Source of the DNA: Octopus sinensis
Lineage: Eukaryota
Direction: 5' to 3'
NCBI RefSeq assembly: GCF_006345805.1
Contig: NC_042997.1
Span: forward strand, 119,722,001-119,786,000
Length of the DNA stretch: 64,000 nucleotides
The notes beneath the pieces are model-generated. The model worked only from the letters and a program-made list of their open reading frames with translations, was not told where the DNA came from and searched no databases. Below are positions 1-12,097 of the stretch, one piece after another. Within the stretch, counting starts at the first letter, position 1. Each line of letters starts with the position of its first letter. The position numbers were made by a program, and so were the translations under genes.

Positions 1-355
1 TATACTCAAATCGTATTAATCTGAAAATTTGGTAAGCCCATAGCCGCAGTCGGATATTTGTTTTAGCCAACAACAATTTCAGGTGTCTAATTAATTTATG
101 TTGCAAATTTGGAAGAAAGTGTCTGGATACTCTTAAAGCTACGGGTCTCAACGCTGCGGAAATTCTTTAAGAAATGTGGTTTATCTGCCGCTGTGCCCGT
201 ATTCGGCAAGACGTTGAAAGTGTTTTTGACCCATGATAATCCATGGACCCTATGTAATGCATGTGTAAAATTTCATTCAAATCAGTTGGGTGGATATCGA
301 GTTTTAATGAGATGACAAATACACAGACACACATCCGATGTTTTATATATATAGA
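1..355 (-). mobile_element. Non-autonomous Helitron-like element, 5' portion (runs off window start)
   Basis: Minus strand begins A|TCTATATATATAAAACATCGGATGTGTGTCTGTG, the same style of 5' end (TC, TA-rich run, GT-rich stretch) as the complete Helitrons at 35561 and 62702. Confidence 0.45.
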
Positions 356-1197
356 TTTTCCTTTACTTTCGCTTTTCTGTGTGTGTTAATTTTGATGTAT
401 ATCTTTCGACATGAACAATGGATATATATATATGCTTTACGTTGTACGCCACCATTTTGCAGAGCGAGAGACAGACAGACAGACAGAGACAGACAGAGGG
501 GGCACAGAGAGAGAGAGAGAGTGTGTGTTGCTGTTCCGTGCTGTTTGAGGAGGGTTTTTTTAAATCAATTTCCATTTAGTCTCTGACGGTTTAACCTAGA
601 GGAGCAACAATGCTTATTGTAGGGTGCATATTTACGTCTTTGCTTGCACTTTAAAATGTGTGTTATGACAGATTATGACCTGAAATAATTATAGATGTTA
701 CATGCGCTGAGACTCTGTGAATGTAGTGTAACGTAATTAAACATGACCGACTTTCTCGAAAGCGTAAACTTTAAATAAAGTACAAATATTGATTATGCTT
801 TCTGCGCTCCTTTTCGTCACATCGTGCAAAACCACATATATAGCCTCGCCGAAATATGGAGCTCGTTGTCGAATTCCAACGAAACTAAAAACAACCAAGC
901 AAAAACCTTTCGTTGATGATTCAAACATAGTACCCTTCACTTCATATTTACATATTTTCATATGTATATATCGGATATGCAAATACTTTTAAAATAACTC
1001 TGATCGAGCTCTGCATAGTTACTGACTGTCTTGGCAGGGCATAGAGCCCGTTCGGTCAATCTGAAGGTAGACGGCGAGGCCATGAAACTGCAGCATAGCC
1101 GATTGGAAAGAGATCGCTGAAGAGCTCAACTGGGTCAACACTGTCCCTTACATTCATAGTGAGCAGATGAATCCTAGATCAACGATCACGATTACGA

Positions 1198-1586
1198 ATG
1201 TGTGGTAAGTAGCTTGCTAACCAACCACATGGTTCCGGGTTCAGTCCCACTGCGTGGCATCTTGGGCAAGTGTCTTCTGCTATAGCCCCGGGCCGACCAA
1301 TGCCTTGTGAGTGGATTTGGTAGACGGAAACTGAAAGAAGCCTGTCGTATATATGTATATATATATGTATGTGTGTGTGTGTTTGTGTTTGTCCCCCTAG
1401 GATTGCTTGACCACCGATGCTGGTGTGTTTACGTCCCCGTCACTTAGCGGTTCGGCAAAAGAGACCGATAGAATAAGTACTGGGCTTACAAAGAATAAGT
1501 TCCGGGGTCCATTTGCTCGACTAAAGGTGGTGCTCCAGCATGGCCGTAGTCAAATGACTGAAACAAGTAAAAGAGTAAAAGAGAGA
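1198..1586 (+). mobile_element. tRNA-derived SINE family A (bipartite, internal TA/TG microsatellite spacer)
   Basis: Pol III-like head (TGTGGTAAG...GGTTCCGGGTTCAGTCCC), body GGGCAAGTGTCTTCT, (AAAGAGT)-type tail. Homologous copies at 33425, 44880, 52126, 58712. Confidence 0.85.
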
Positions 1587-1746
1587 GTATACTAAATGAT
1601 TCACTATAACTCAGGCTCCCAATTCAAATTCACAATACAGGATTTGGACGATGACTAAGTCATGGAAATGTGCGAAAGCAGAGGATGCACACACACCCTC
1701 ACACACATACGCGCACACACAAACCGACCCTCCACACATATAGATA

Positions 1747-1747
1747 C

Positions 1748-1807
<60 letters not shown>

Positions 1808-1988
1808 TTTGCCACTACACACATTTCTTCTCTCCTTGTTTCACTCCTTGTTTTTTCTGTGCCTCTATGTGTAGAAGAGCGTAGGCTCGAAACGTACAAG
1901 ACTTTTTCTATTCGTGAGCGTTATACTAATACATCTGTTTGTTTTGTATACCACCTGTCTTCGTCTTTCGTTTTTTTTCGTAAACTCT

Positions 1989-2026
<38 letters not shown>
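1747..2026 (+). repeat. (TA)n tracts enclosing a ~185-bp cassette with a decayed minimal hammerhead motif (1868-1900)
   Basis: TGTAGA-A-GAGC-GTAG-GCTC-GAAA-CG-TA. Stem II and GAAA intact, CUGANGA box mutated. Same motif style as 49244 and 53523. Confidence 0.55.
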
Positions 2027-2029
<3 letters not shown>

Positions 2030-2364
2030 AGTAGTTGAATGAATTATATTATTATGGATAATTCGAATTAACCGATAGCTGGGTAGTAAATTCACATCAG
2101 AAAAAACACGGTTGAAGTTACGTGCCTGGGGCATAGATTACGTGCTTTCGTGTGGAAATTTGTATGTTTATTTTTTTAATATAAATATATGAAAGAATGG
2201 AGTTGAACGACGAATTAACAAAATTCCTTCATTTGCGACATATGTTTCGAAGGCTGCATATTCCTAATTGCGAAGGAATGAGTAGTACATTATGCCGCTT
2301 TCTCATCAATTCTCATTAATTCGTCGTTCAACTCCATTCTTTCATATATTTATATTAAAAAAAT
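2030..2364 (-). mobile_element. (TA)n-flanked foldback cassette (inverted arms 2170-2218 / 2316-2364) with a 5'-clipped hammerhead at 2231-2310
   Basis: ~48-bp inverted arms. Minus strand between them reads TTGATGA-GAAAGCGGCATA...TATGCAGCCTTC-GAAA-CATATG-TC. Confidence 0.65.
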
Positions 2365-2371
2365 CATATAT

Positions 2372-2403
<32 letters not shown>

Positions 2404-3688
2404 CATGTATACACACGTTAATATCAAATCATGAGAATGAGTGAGTTCTCAACACCACATTTGTGCATAACTATTCTATATTTGTGGGTTTGCCAGGTTA
2501 AGATTTGCATATTGTTAAGAAGAGTATATCTCCTGAAGTCTTTTGCCTAGGGCGTTGGTGTTCGCCTCTATTTCACAGGCACAAAATATAGCTATCTTAT
2601 TATGAAACCAATGGCAATCTTGATACCTCATTAATAAAATATACTCGCATACAAACACACACACACACAAGTGTGGGTGCTTGTGTGTGTGCGTGCATGT
2701 GTTTTTTGAGTGTGTTTGTGTGTGTGCGCGCGCTGTAGAATAATATACGCTTCGTTCACCTGTAATGATAAATAAGACACTCCAGGATTGTGAATTTCTT
2801 TTTGCACAAAATGTATATGCATATGAAATGTGCGCGTGTGTATATTTCTATATTTGTGTGTGCGTGTTTGTGTGTGTGTGTGTGTGTGCGTGCTTGTATA
2901 TGGGAGCGTGTGTGTGTTTCTGTGTATGTGATTGTGTAAATAAATGACTAATCCCTGGGAAACGATAAATCACGGAGTGTTCTACTTAAGTGTATGTAAT
3001 TCTTTAATATATCATATCTAAACTCCTGTTAAGTTACTGTACTCCGAGCTTTTTTTTTCTGATTTTCCAGCCTTAATCGGAGCATGTTTTCTCATAAAGC
3101 ACTTGCTGTTTGAATATATGCTGGATATTTTACAAACTTATAAGAAAAACGTTGATCTATATATTTTTTGGAACAAAGATTATGTTATGCCAGTAATACG
3201 TGTCATACCAGCCGTTTCATACTTGCACATTTTTACTTTTATTTTTTTCCATTTCTTACTCCGACGGCTATACTGTAAACTCCTTTACCTGAATCATAGA
3301 TCTTCCTCTTCATAAGATTGCTGTATATATTGCTTTTATTTTCAACATGCATTTTGAAAAGTTTTTTCTGTGCGATGTTTTTCTTGCCAAAATTCTAGAA
3401 TAAATTTTAAAAAAAGATGCCTATTTAGGTGTATATACAGCACTGATAATTTATTTAATTTTGGCAACTTGTTACTTCCTTGAACAACAATTCAAGGAAG
3501 CAACGATAAAAAGAGTTTTGAGGTCTAATTTCATTATATGCATAGATGTTTAAACATGAAAATCCACTTTGAAAAAAAGCCATGCATTGCACTAATAAAA
3601 ATAGTTGCATATTGATATCCTAATGTTATTAAGCTTTGAGCATTAACGTCTCAATGTGGATTATGAATCTGATTATATTAAAAAGTAC

Positions 3689-4160
3689 AAGGCGAGCTGG
3701 CTGAAACGTTAGCATGCCGGGCGAAATGCTTACCGGTAATTCGTCTGCCGTTACGTTCTGAGTTCAAATTCCGCCGAGGTCGACTTTGCCTTTCATCCTT
3801 TCGGGGTCGATTAATTAAGTACCAGTTACGCACTGGTGTCCATGTCATCGACTTAATTCGTTTGTCTGTCCTTGTTTGTCCTCTGTGTTTAGCCCCTTGT
3901 GGGTAGTAAAGAGATAGGTATTTCGTATGCCGTTACGAAAGGCAGCGAGCAAGCTGAAACGTTAGTACCCCGGCGAAATACTTTACGGTATTTCGTCTGC
4001 CGTTACGTTCTGAGTTCAAATTCCGCCGAGGTCGACTTTGCTTGTCATACTTTCTGGGTCGATTAAATAAGTACCTGTTATGAACTGGAGTCGATGGAAT
4101 CGACTTAATCCCTTTGTTTGTCTTCCCTATGTTTAGCCCCCTGTGGGCAATAAAGAAACA
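3689..4160 (+). mobile_element. SINE family B, tandem dimer (about 3689-3920 and 3940-4160)
   Basis: Head GGCGAGCTGGCAGAAACGTTAGC...GAGTTCAAATTCCGCCGAGGTCGAC and core CCTTTCATCCTTTCGGGGTCGAT (Deu/Nin-like domain) occur twice. Also at 8110 and 63890. Confidence 0.8.
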
Positions 4161-7100
4161 AACATGTATTATGAAGTATAATCAAAAGACAGGGGAAAAG
4201 AAATCATCACGGCTACCATTGCACATTTTACATACTTTTTTATTGTAAACCAATTCAAAATTAAAAGATTATTTTCGGTGTGATAGTTCTAATTCAGGTA
4301 AGAAGCAGGAGGTGTTTTGCTTCTATGATTATATAAAAAGTCGTGCTCACTCCCAGTGTAAGGTATCTACAAGATCTCCGTGAGATATCCATGATATTAA
4401 TCACACACATAAACGTGCATATCAACAATTCCTGTGAAAATGGATGCTTCACATGTGATTATAATAGAATTGACATCAGTCCTCCAACCGCGAAATTTTG
4501 CCATGGCCTCTTGAGGAAATGTAAATGTTCACCAGCAATGAAAAGACTGCATACCATCGGTTCGCAATTAAAGAAAATTTAATAGCTTAGATACATTCTG
4601 ATTGCAGCTATCCAGTGATTGTATGGGATACAACGCTAAGGAAAAAATACAAAGCTTGGTGGTTAGTTAGCACTAATAGTTCAGCACAAATTGTGAAATT
4701 GGAACTTCCTCGGAACATAATTCAAAGAAGTAACGTGAATGAAGTGATGTAGAAAGTACCATTCTGCCTAAACTGAGCTATGTCTCTTTTTCAATTGTTT
4801 GCGTTCAACCAATAATTTTGAGTGAAATATCGTAGTAGGGATATGTGTGAAAATCGGACGGTTCCTTTTTATGGTTCTTACCTTATTACCCGCTCATCTT
4901 GCTTGATGTTATGGTGTTCTTTCTCATGAGAAATACCTTAAATTTAGGAAAAAAAAATACAGCTTAAATAAGAGAAAAATAAGGACATTGTTAGTAAATG
5001 TTGCACTGAAATAAAACAAAGTTTCGTGCTTCATGTACTCGAAGAAAATATAAATAAATATATGTAACTCATTAAATTTTCTACAATAAACACAATTGTG
5101 CAGATGTCCAAACGCATTTTGTTCGTACATTAATTTCATTAATATCGCAACTGGATTTTAAAACATAATCAATTATTGGTTTGTAAGTATAGAGTTTTGA
5201 GATATAATTTCATTATATGCATATATGTTTAAATCTAAAAATCGATTTCCTGGGAAAAATCATTTATTTCGCTAACTCATTTTTCATAATACCTTTCTGA
5301 AGTTTGAATGTGTCTAAATACTCAAATATACACATAATTTACCACAATAATACGTTTGTAAATATGTGTGCATCTATCGAGAATTTTCCTCATATGACCC
5401 GCTAAAAGAAACACAAGCATAAAAAGACACATCTATACATATGTCTTTATCTATATATGCATTTTCTTCCCTTTTCTTTCTTCTCCGCTCCGCATTACGT
5501 TATACATAATCTCGTGTTTGTAATTCCTTCATATACATATTAATATAATATAATATAATTCAACATAATACCTTACCAAATAACGCATACGTTGATATAT
5601 ATATGTGTGTGTGAGCGTGAGTGTGTGCCTGTGTGTGAGCGTATACATGAGGAATGAATGTGTGCGTCTATGTGTGCTAGTTCTTTATCTCATACTCAAA
5701 TACATATATAAATGTATGTATCTATGCACACTTACAACTCAGTAAAACAATGCATTTGTGCGTGGGTTTGATATAGCTGCATAATATATATCCATGTGCT
5801 GTCCCTATTACAAATAGAAAATTACAACACATCTTTATTATACTGCTCAACTACGAATATTCTTAATCTTGTAAATAAAATATTCATCATAAATACACTT
5901 ATAAAACTACTTATTTAAGCACTTTCACTTGAAAGCACATCTTTGGCTTAACTGTACTGATACTCCATCCTGACCAACAACACTAAACCAGAGAATTACA
6001 TTTCCCAAGAGAATTAAGGAGAAAGATCACTTCAATCCGAAGTCTTTGATTCGGTACTGAACTTTACGTTTCGTAAAATATGCAGCTCAATCTTAAATGA
6101 GTTTTAAATCAGAAATTACATGAATTCAGTGAAGTAAAACGCATAAGATTTTTTTGTTCGATAAACCCAGAAACATAGATGGAAGTAGTAAGAGACTCGA
6201 TTAGAAATTATACAACAATAACTTTACACAGAAACGCATTAAACGATCCACAATGTACATAAAACATAGTAAAAAAGAAATATCACTTCTAAAGTCCTGG
6301 TTCCAAAACTTAATGGTGGTGCAAATTGAAATCTAAATATGAAATAATGCGTCTTCTCCAACATTTCTTATGAAGTACTAAGAATCTGATTATATTACCA
6401 AGTAGAGATAAAGGAGGAAAATAAATAAATCATCATTTTGTTATTATAAAGTTACTAAAATGCGAAAAGTATTTTCAGTGATATTGTTCTAATTCGGACA
6501 GAAGGTAAGAAGCTCTATGATTACATAAAGAGTTGTCCTCACTTCCAAAATATGTTATCCACAAGATGTCACGTGCTTATTCACGATATGAATCTTGCGG
6601 CCATATGTGAGAACATGTCAAAAGAGTGTGAAAATAGATACTCCAGAGGCATCTCCATAATTCTAATTGGATTGACGTCCGTCCTCGAACCGTGGAATTT
6701 CGCGATGGCCATCTTGGAAAAGATAAATGTTTGCGAGCAATGAACAGATTGGATAACATCGTTTCGGCCGAAAAAAAAAGGCTTTAAGAAAATTCAAGCG
6801 GCTCAAACATATTCTAATCGCAGGTACCCGAATGCTGTATGGGATACTTTTTAGAAGAACTAGGACACGTGATGTTTTAAACCGCAGTAATAGTTTTGGA
6901 GGTAATATTGACTAAATCGATGACGTGGCGCAAAGCAGGTCACTCAGCTATTTGATCGAAGATACCAGTGAAGAATTTGAATTTTCTGTGTTAAATTCTA
7001 TAAGGTGTACATTCTTATGCATCAGTTATCAGCATAAAGGGAAACTAATAAAAATAGTATAATTTTATTAAAACTGATGAAATGAATACTTTTTTGACAA

Positions 7101-8109
7101 ATTTGTTTCTGCATCCATTTAGTCTTACAGTAGAAAAATTGAAAATAGAAAGTAACTTTACATAATGTAATAAAAGTACGCAAGCTTTTTCATATGACAA
7201 ACATTTTGGGGTTGCGTTGATTATTAATGGACTATTACCAAGCAGAATTTCTTTATTATATGATATAAAATTCATAGATTCATAGGAAAGTCCATATGAA
7301 AACATGAATATATCAAATGGTATAGAAATCTTTATTTTGTACTATGTTTTATTGTGCGTTTCTAAGACACCTTGTCCGAATATGCATATTAGATGTGTTT
7401 TCTGAAAACAATTTATAAGATGCATTGGCCATTACTGAGATGAGGATTTATGTATAAAGACTAACAAGTAAATAGAGGCGATTATTCAGTTTTATATTTT
7501 GACTAAAAGATACCTATAGCTACTAATTCATGAGCAGATAAATTTGCATTTCTGACTTTAAAAACAAACTTGTATGAGCGGTTTAGGAACTTCAACGCAA
7601 AACTAACATTCCTTAACATAGAAAAAGACATACATATATATACTTTACAATCTTATCAGTAACATATATAGATGCATTTCTAATTTATCGTTCAATAAAG
7701 AAATACTTGATAAGACAGTCCAATAATATTCCAAACGTTTCTAAGAAGTAGATTGATTACTGCAGGGCATAAATTAAAGTAGAATGCTTCTAGCGCAAAA
7801 GAAACATTTTGGGAGAGTGCAGGGATTTCGTAAAGCATGACTGATTATATTATTTTCATGCCACTAGCAACATGCAATCGCTTGGGCATGTATATATACA
7901 TATGTACCTCCTCTACTTTCTTTTCCAATGTTTGTTATGTTTTCTTTTGTTTTTGCCATGTGATAGTTTGTTAGAAGCATTACAACACCAGCAAATAATA
8001 TACGTTATTTTCTAGCTCTCTAATTCCGACTAACCGACGTCGAATTGTATTTTCTTCCTTCCATTGTCGGTTAAATAAAGTATCAATCAATTACATATAC
8101 ATTTCTTTA

Positions 8110-8305
8110 CTACCTACAAGGAGCTAAACACAGAGGGGACAAACAAGGACAGACAAAGGGATTTGAGTAGATTGCATCGACCCCAGTGTGTAACTGGTAC
8201 TTAATTTATCGACCCTGAAAGGATGAAAGACAAAGTCGACCTCGGCGGAATTTGAACTACGCATTTCGCCCGGCGTGCTAACGATTCTGCGAGCTCGCTG
8301 CCTTC
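8110..8305 (-). mobile_element. SINE family B copy (internally deleted)
   Basis: Reverse complement of the 3689 element (GTCGACCTCGGCGGAATTTGAAC...CGCCCGGCGTGCTAACG). Confidence 0.8.
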
Positions 8306-10195
8306 AAATCAATTACATATAATCGAGTAAATTGCACATTTCGTCCCTGGCTTAGAACTGTGTTTTCCTTGCTCTAGTCTAACTTGTTCTTCCTTCAGTT
8401 AACCCAGCCTACTTATCTGTTGATTTTTGATTGTTCACTTTATCATTTCCTGTTGTTGGTGTAGGTTTCATCCTTTAGTATATATTCCAATTTCTCTCTA
8501 TGTTAATTATCTTTTTTGTATTAAAGCCTTACTTGCAATTCATAATACTGCTACTAAGAAATATTTAAATCTCATTGAATAAACTCAAGTCATGACCTGA
8601 GGAATTACATTTATGATAGCATCCTATCAGTAACCTCGATGGAACTCGCACACTTTCTACTTAGTTTCTTTGTCTCTATATACATGTTCTATCAATATAT
8701 CTCTCTATTTAACTTACTTGTCATGTTTCTCATGTTTTCTCTAACTTTCTACATTCAATTTATACACATGTGTCGATATCTCTTTCTATATTTCCAACAA
8801 ATGTTTTAATTTTCCTAATATATTTTCAAATCTAGATAATCATACAGTCAACATATGTACTACGTATATAATGACGGTAAGATTTGTCTGCGCGTGGAAA
8901 TGGAAATCCTAATATTAGCAAATTATATTTTGGAACAAAATATTTTTGACATTATTATCAAACATTTAATTTTGTATTAATAACTAATATCAAAATTTAG
9001 AATATCGCTATTATTCATATCAAAATGTCTGTACAGGCTTGGTTAGATTTCAGTTGCTTACCTGAACAAGTTCTTCAGCGATATAGCCAAATGAGCTCAA
9101 TTATATCATGATTCTAATCAAAGCAATGGAATAAAAACGACTCTATGATATTTAGAGGGATAGTGTATGTCTTTGAAACGAGTAGATTAAAAAAGTACCT
9201 CATTACGTCCCTAACATAAGATAAATCCATAATGTGATATAGTCTCTTCTAATCCGTCCATCTAATTTGTCGAAGATCCTAAGGGTTTAATTTGTTGTCT
9301 ATTAAATGCTCTCATAGTCGCATTCCTCCCTTTTGTTTGCTATACATTCGTATAACTATTTATATTGTATAGGGCATCATTATATTCAAAGAATTGAATT
9401 AGTTTGCTGTGCATCAAATTACCGAAAGCATATCATGAATAGTTTGGTTGTTATCTCTAATTTCCCAGCTTCCAATGAATATTTAATTTAATAGGATACA
9501 AGTGCAGTAATATGTTTGCAGTAAAACTTAATTTCTTGTCTTCCTTCTTTCGACCTTATATTTGGAAGAACCCATGAGTTTTCTTCATAAGATTCAGACA
9601 TCTTACTATCCTCCCCTCTAGGTTGTCTTTTCATACAAATATAGTATCATTATGTACGCGTAAACTTCTCAACTAGTATGTTTATCTTCTCTGGTGACCA
9701 TTTACTCGTGTATTATCAAGTTTGTGCAGAATTTGTCTTCATGAGTTTTGTAATATTACAGTTGTAGAATCTTTTCTCTTTCATGAAGAATCTCTTAGAA
9801 AGAATCCCGTATTGCTTTTTATTTATTTTAATTCTTTACTCTTTCTATTTCATTTAATCAGGAATCGATTATGCGGTTAGTAGTGAACCACTCAGTTGCC
9901 CAGTCCGCTTTTCATATTCGTTGCCATGCTCAAATATTTGAAGCTGTCAGCTAATATTTTAGTTCCGCCTTCCCACCACATCCACCATTGTGTATCGCCG
10001 AGGTGTAGTATAGAAAGCTACATAGCTAAACTAACAAGCCGATACACCATATTCAAGTGATGCTTCTGCCTGTGTCCTATTGTCAAGGGAAGCACATTTA
10101 TTATTTATTCAGCGCATACTGCCACGTAAAATCCGAAATCCTTATTGGTTATCATCAAAGCATAATAAAATTAAGTTATATTTATCACTTAACTA

Positions 10196-10250
<55 letters not shown>

Positions 10251-11055
10251 GTGTGTGTGTGTGTGTGTGTATGTCACGCTAACGTTAAAAACAATTTTAG
10301 AATGTTGTGTTTCAGTCAAAACGCTGCAAATAACTGTCCAAAAAGAAATCAACCAAGATTCAACCAATTCAAAAACTAAACCGAAATACTAGGTTTCAAA
10401 TTTATATGTACAGATATATGCTATCTCAAAATGTAATACACCACAACAGAGTTTCAAAGCTTAGTGATAGCACGCAAGGTGCATTTTAGGGAACAAAGCG
10501 TATATTATTAATTTGGAAATAAGACCAATTACATTACCAAAGTTGCACTGGAAAATCGAGGCTTCCTTAAAGGATTATAGGGTATTTTACTTCCGAATAA
10601 TTTTAAACTACTCTAAATTTGAGCCAAGATATTATTTAAGCAGCATCCCATCAGATAAGCATCATTAACATATTCTATGTTGATTTAAATGTTTTTATTA
10701 AATCAACGACTTTTATAAATGAAATTTATAAACAATATATAAATCTTATAATATATATTTTACAAATTGACTATTGGGGTCTGTGGTGGTCGATTTTTAT
10801 ACTTAAATGTAACTCAGGATAAGTATATTTAATCCTTTGTTTGTGTATATGTAGTATATAAATATTATTTAAATATCACAGAAATAGTTAGAGTTCTTAA
10901 TGGTATGTCAATTATATTGTATTCGAGTATAAAAGTAATTAATTTAAATTTATTTTGTAACTATGATTTATAAATTATATTTTGTGGTTTAGTAATAGTT
11001 TAGAATAAATTTAATATTTGTTATTAGATATAATATTTTAGGATATTGAGTTATA

Positions 11056-11955
11056 CGAGGGGCGTTCAATAAGTAATGCCCCTGACCCACTTCCCATAGC
11101 AGTAGAGCAACGAAACTTGGCACAGTTATTAGTCTTTTTCTACATAGGAACCACCCAGAGTTACGCATTTCTCCCATCGTTTGATGCAGCTCTGGAGACC
11201 GATTTTGTAGGAGACCCCAGCTTGGTCTTCCAACCACGACGTGACTTCAGAAATCAAGGCTGCATCATCTGGGAAACGCTTTCCTTTCAAAAACAACTTC
11301 ATGGCTGAGAAAAGGTGAAAATCAGAGGGTGCAAGGTCAGGAGAGTAGGGGGAAGGGGGGCACGCCTGTGCTTCTGATCTGGCGACACGCGAGTTGTGGA
11401 CCGGAGCGTTGTCCTGCAGGAGGAGGATGCCTTTGCTGATCTTGTCCCGCCTCTTGATTTTGATAGCTTCTCTCAATTTCCTCAAAAGTGAAGCATAATA
11501 GGCTCCTGTAATTGTGGTACCCTTTGCCAGGAAATCTGTCATCACTACTCCGTCCTGGTCCCAGAAGACTGTGAGCATGACATTGCCAGCGGAGGGCTGC
11601 ACCCTTGCCTTCTTTGGAGGAGGTGAGTCACGGTGCTTCCCCTGCATTGACTGGGCTTTGGTCTCTGGATCATAGTGATGGACCCAGATTTCATCCTGTG
11701 TAATCAGTCTTTTGAAAAATTTTGACTCATCTTCTTGGCACATCTCCAACTTCCTCCTCGAGCACTCGACGCGTTCTTGCTTCTGGAAAGGTGTGAGCAA
11801 CCTGGGAATCCATCTGGAAGACACCTTTTGCATATGCAAATGGTCATGAATGATAGTTTCCACAGACCCGGTACTAATCTTGACCTCATGGGCTATTTGG
11901 CGAATTGTTATGCGTCGATCTTCCAAAATGGCAGCCTCAACTTGACGGACGACTT
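11056..11955 (-). mobile_element. mariner (DD34D-type) transposon, 3' part with right TIR; 5'-truncated
   Basis: TA followed by TIR CGAGGGGCGTTCAATAAGTAATG at 11056. Transposase motifs WIPRLL, ITQDEIWVHHYDPE, LLLQDNAPVH, PYSPDLAPSDFHLF, WEKCV. Confidence 0.92.
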
Positions 11956-12097
11956 GCGACTTGGAACGAATCAAATTGAGCGGGCGTGTATGAAGTGTAA
12001 ACCTAAAGGCAGAAACATAGGAGACGGACACAAGAGGTGTTGACGGTCGGCAGTCAGGCCAAGAAAGAAAGATCATGGCTGGCCGGGTACCGGTCAC
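11129..12097 (-). pseudogene. mariner transposase ORF (322 aa) lacking the first HTH and with a short deletion before YSPDL; N-terminal ~45 aa from unrelated flank
   Basis: ORF track. Transposase similarity starts near VVRQVEAAILEDRR, and the usual ..LPHP segment before PYSPDL is shortened. Confidence 0.8.

Noticed and set aside
8340-10050. Coding-looking unique sequence on the minus strand
   Set aside because: No sustained frame or recognisable motif. Probably an ancient TE, but I cannot assign it.
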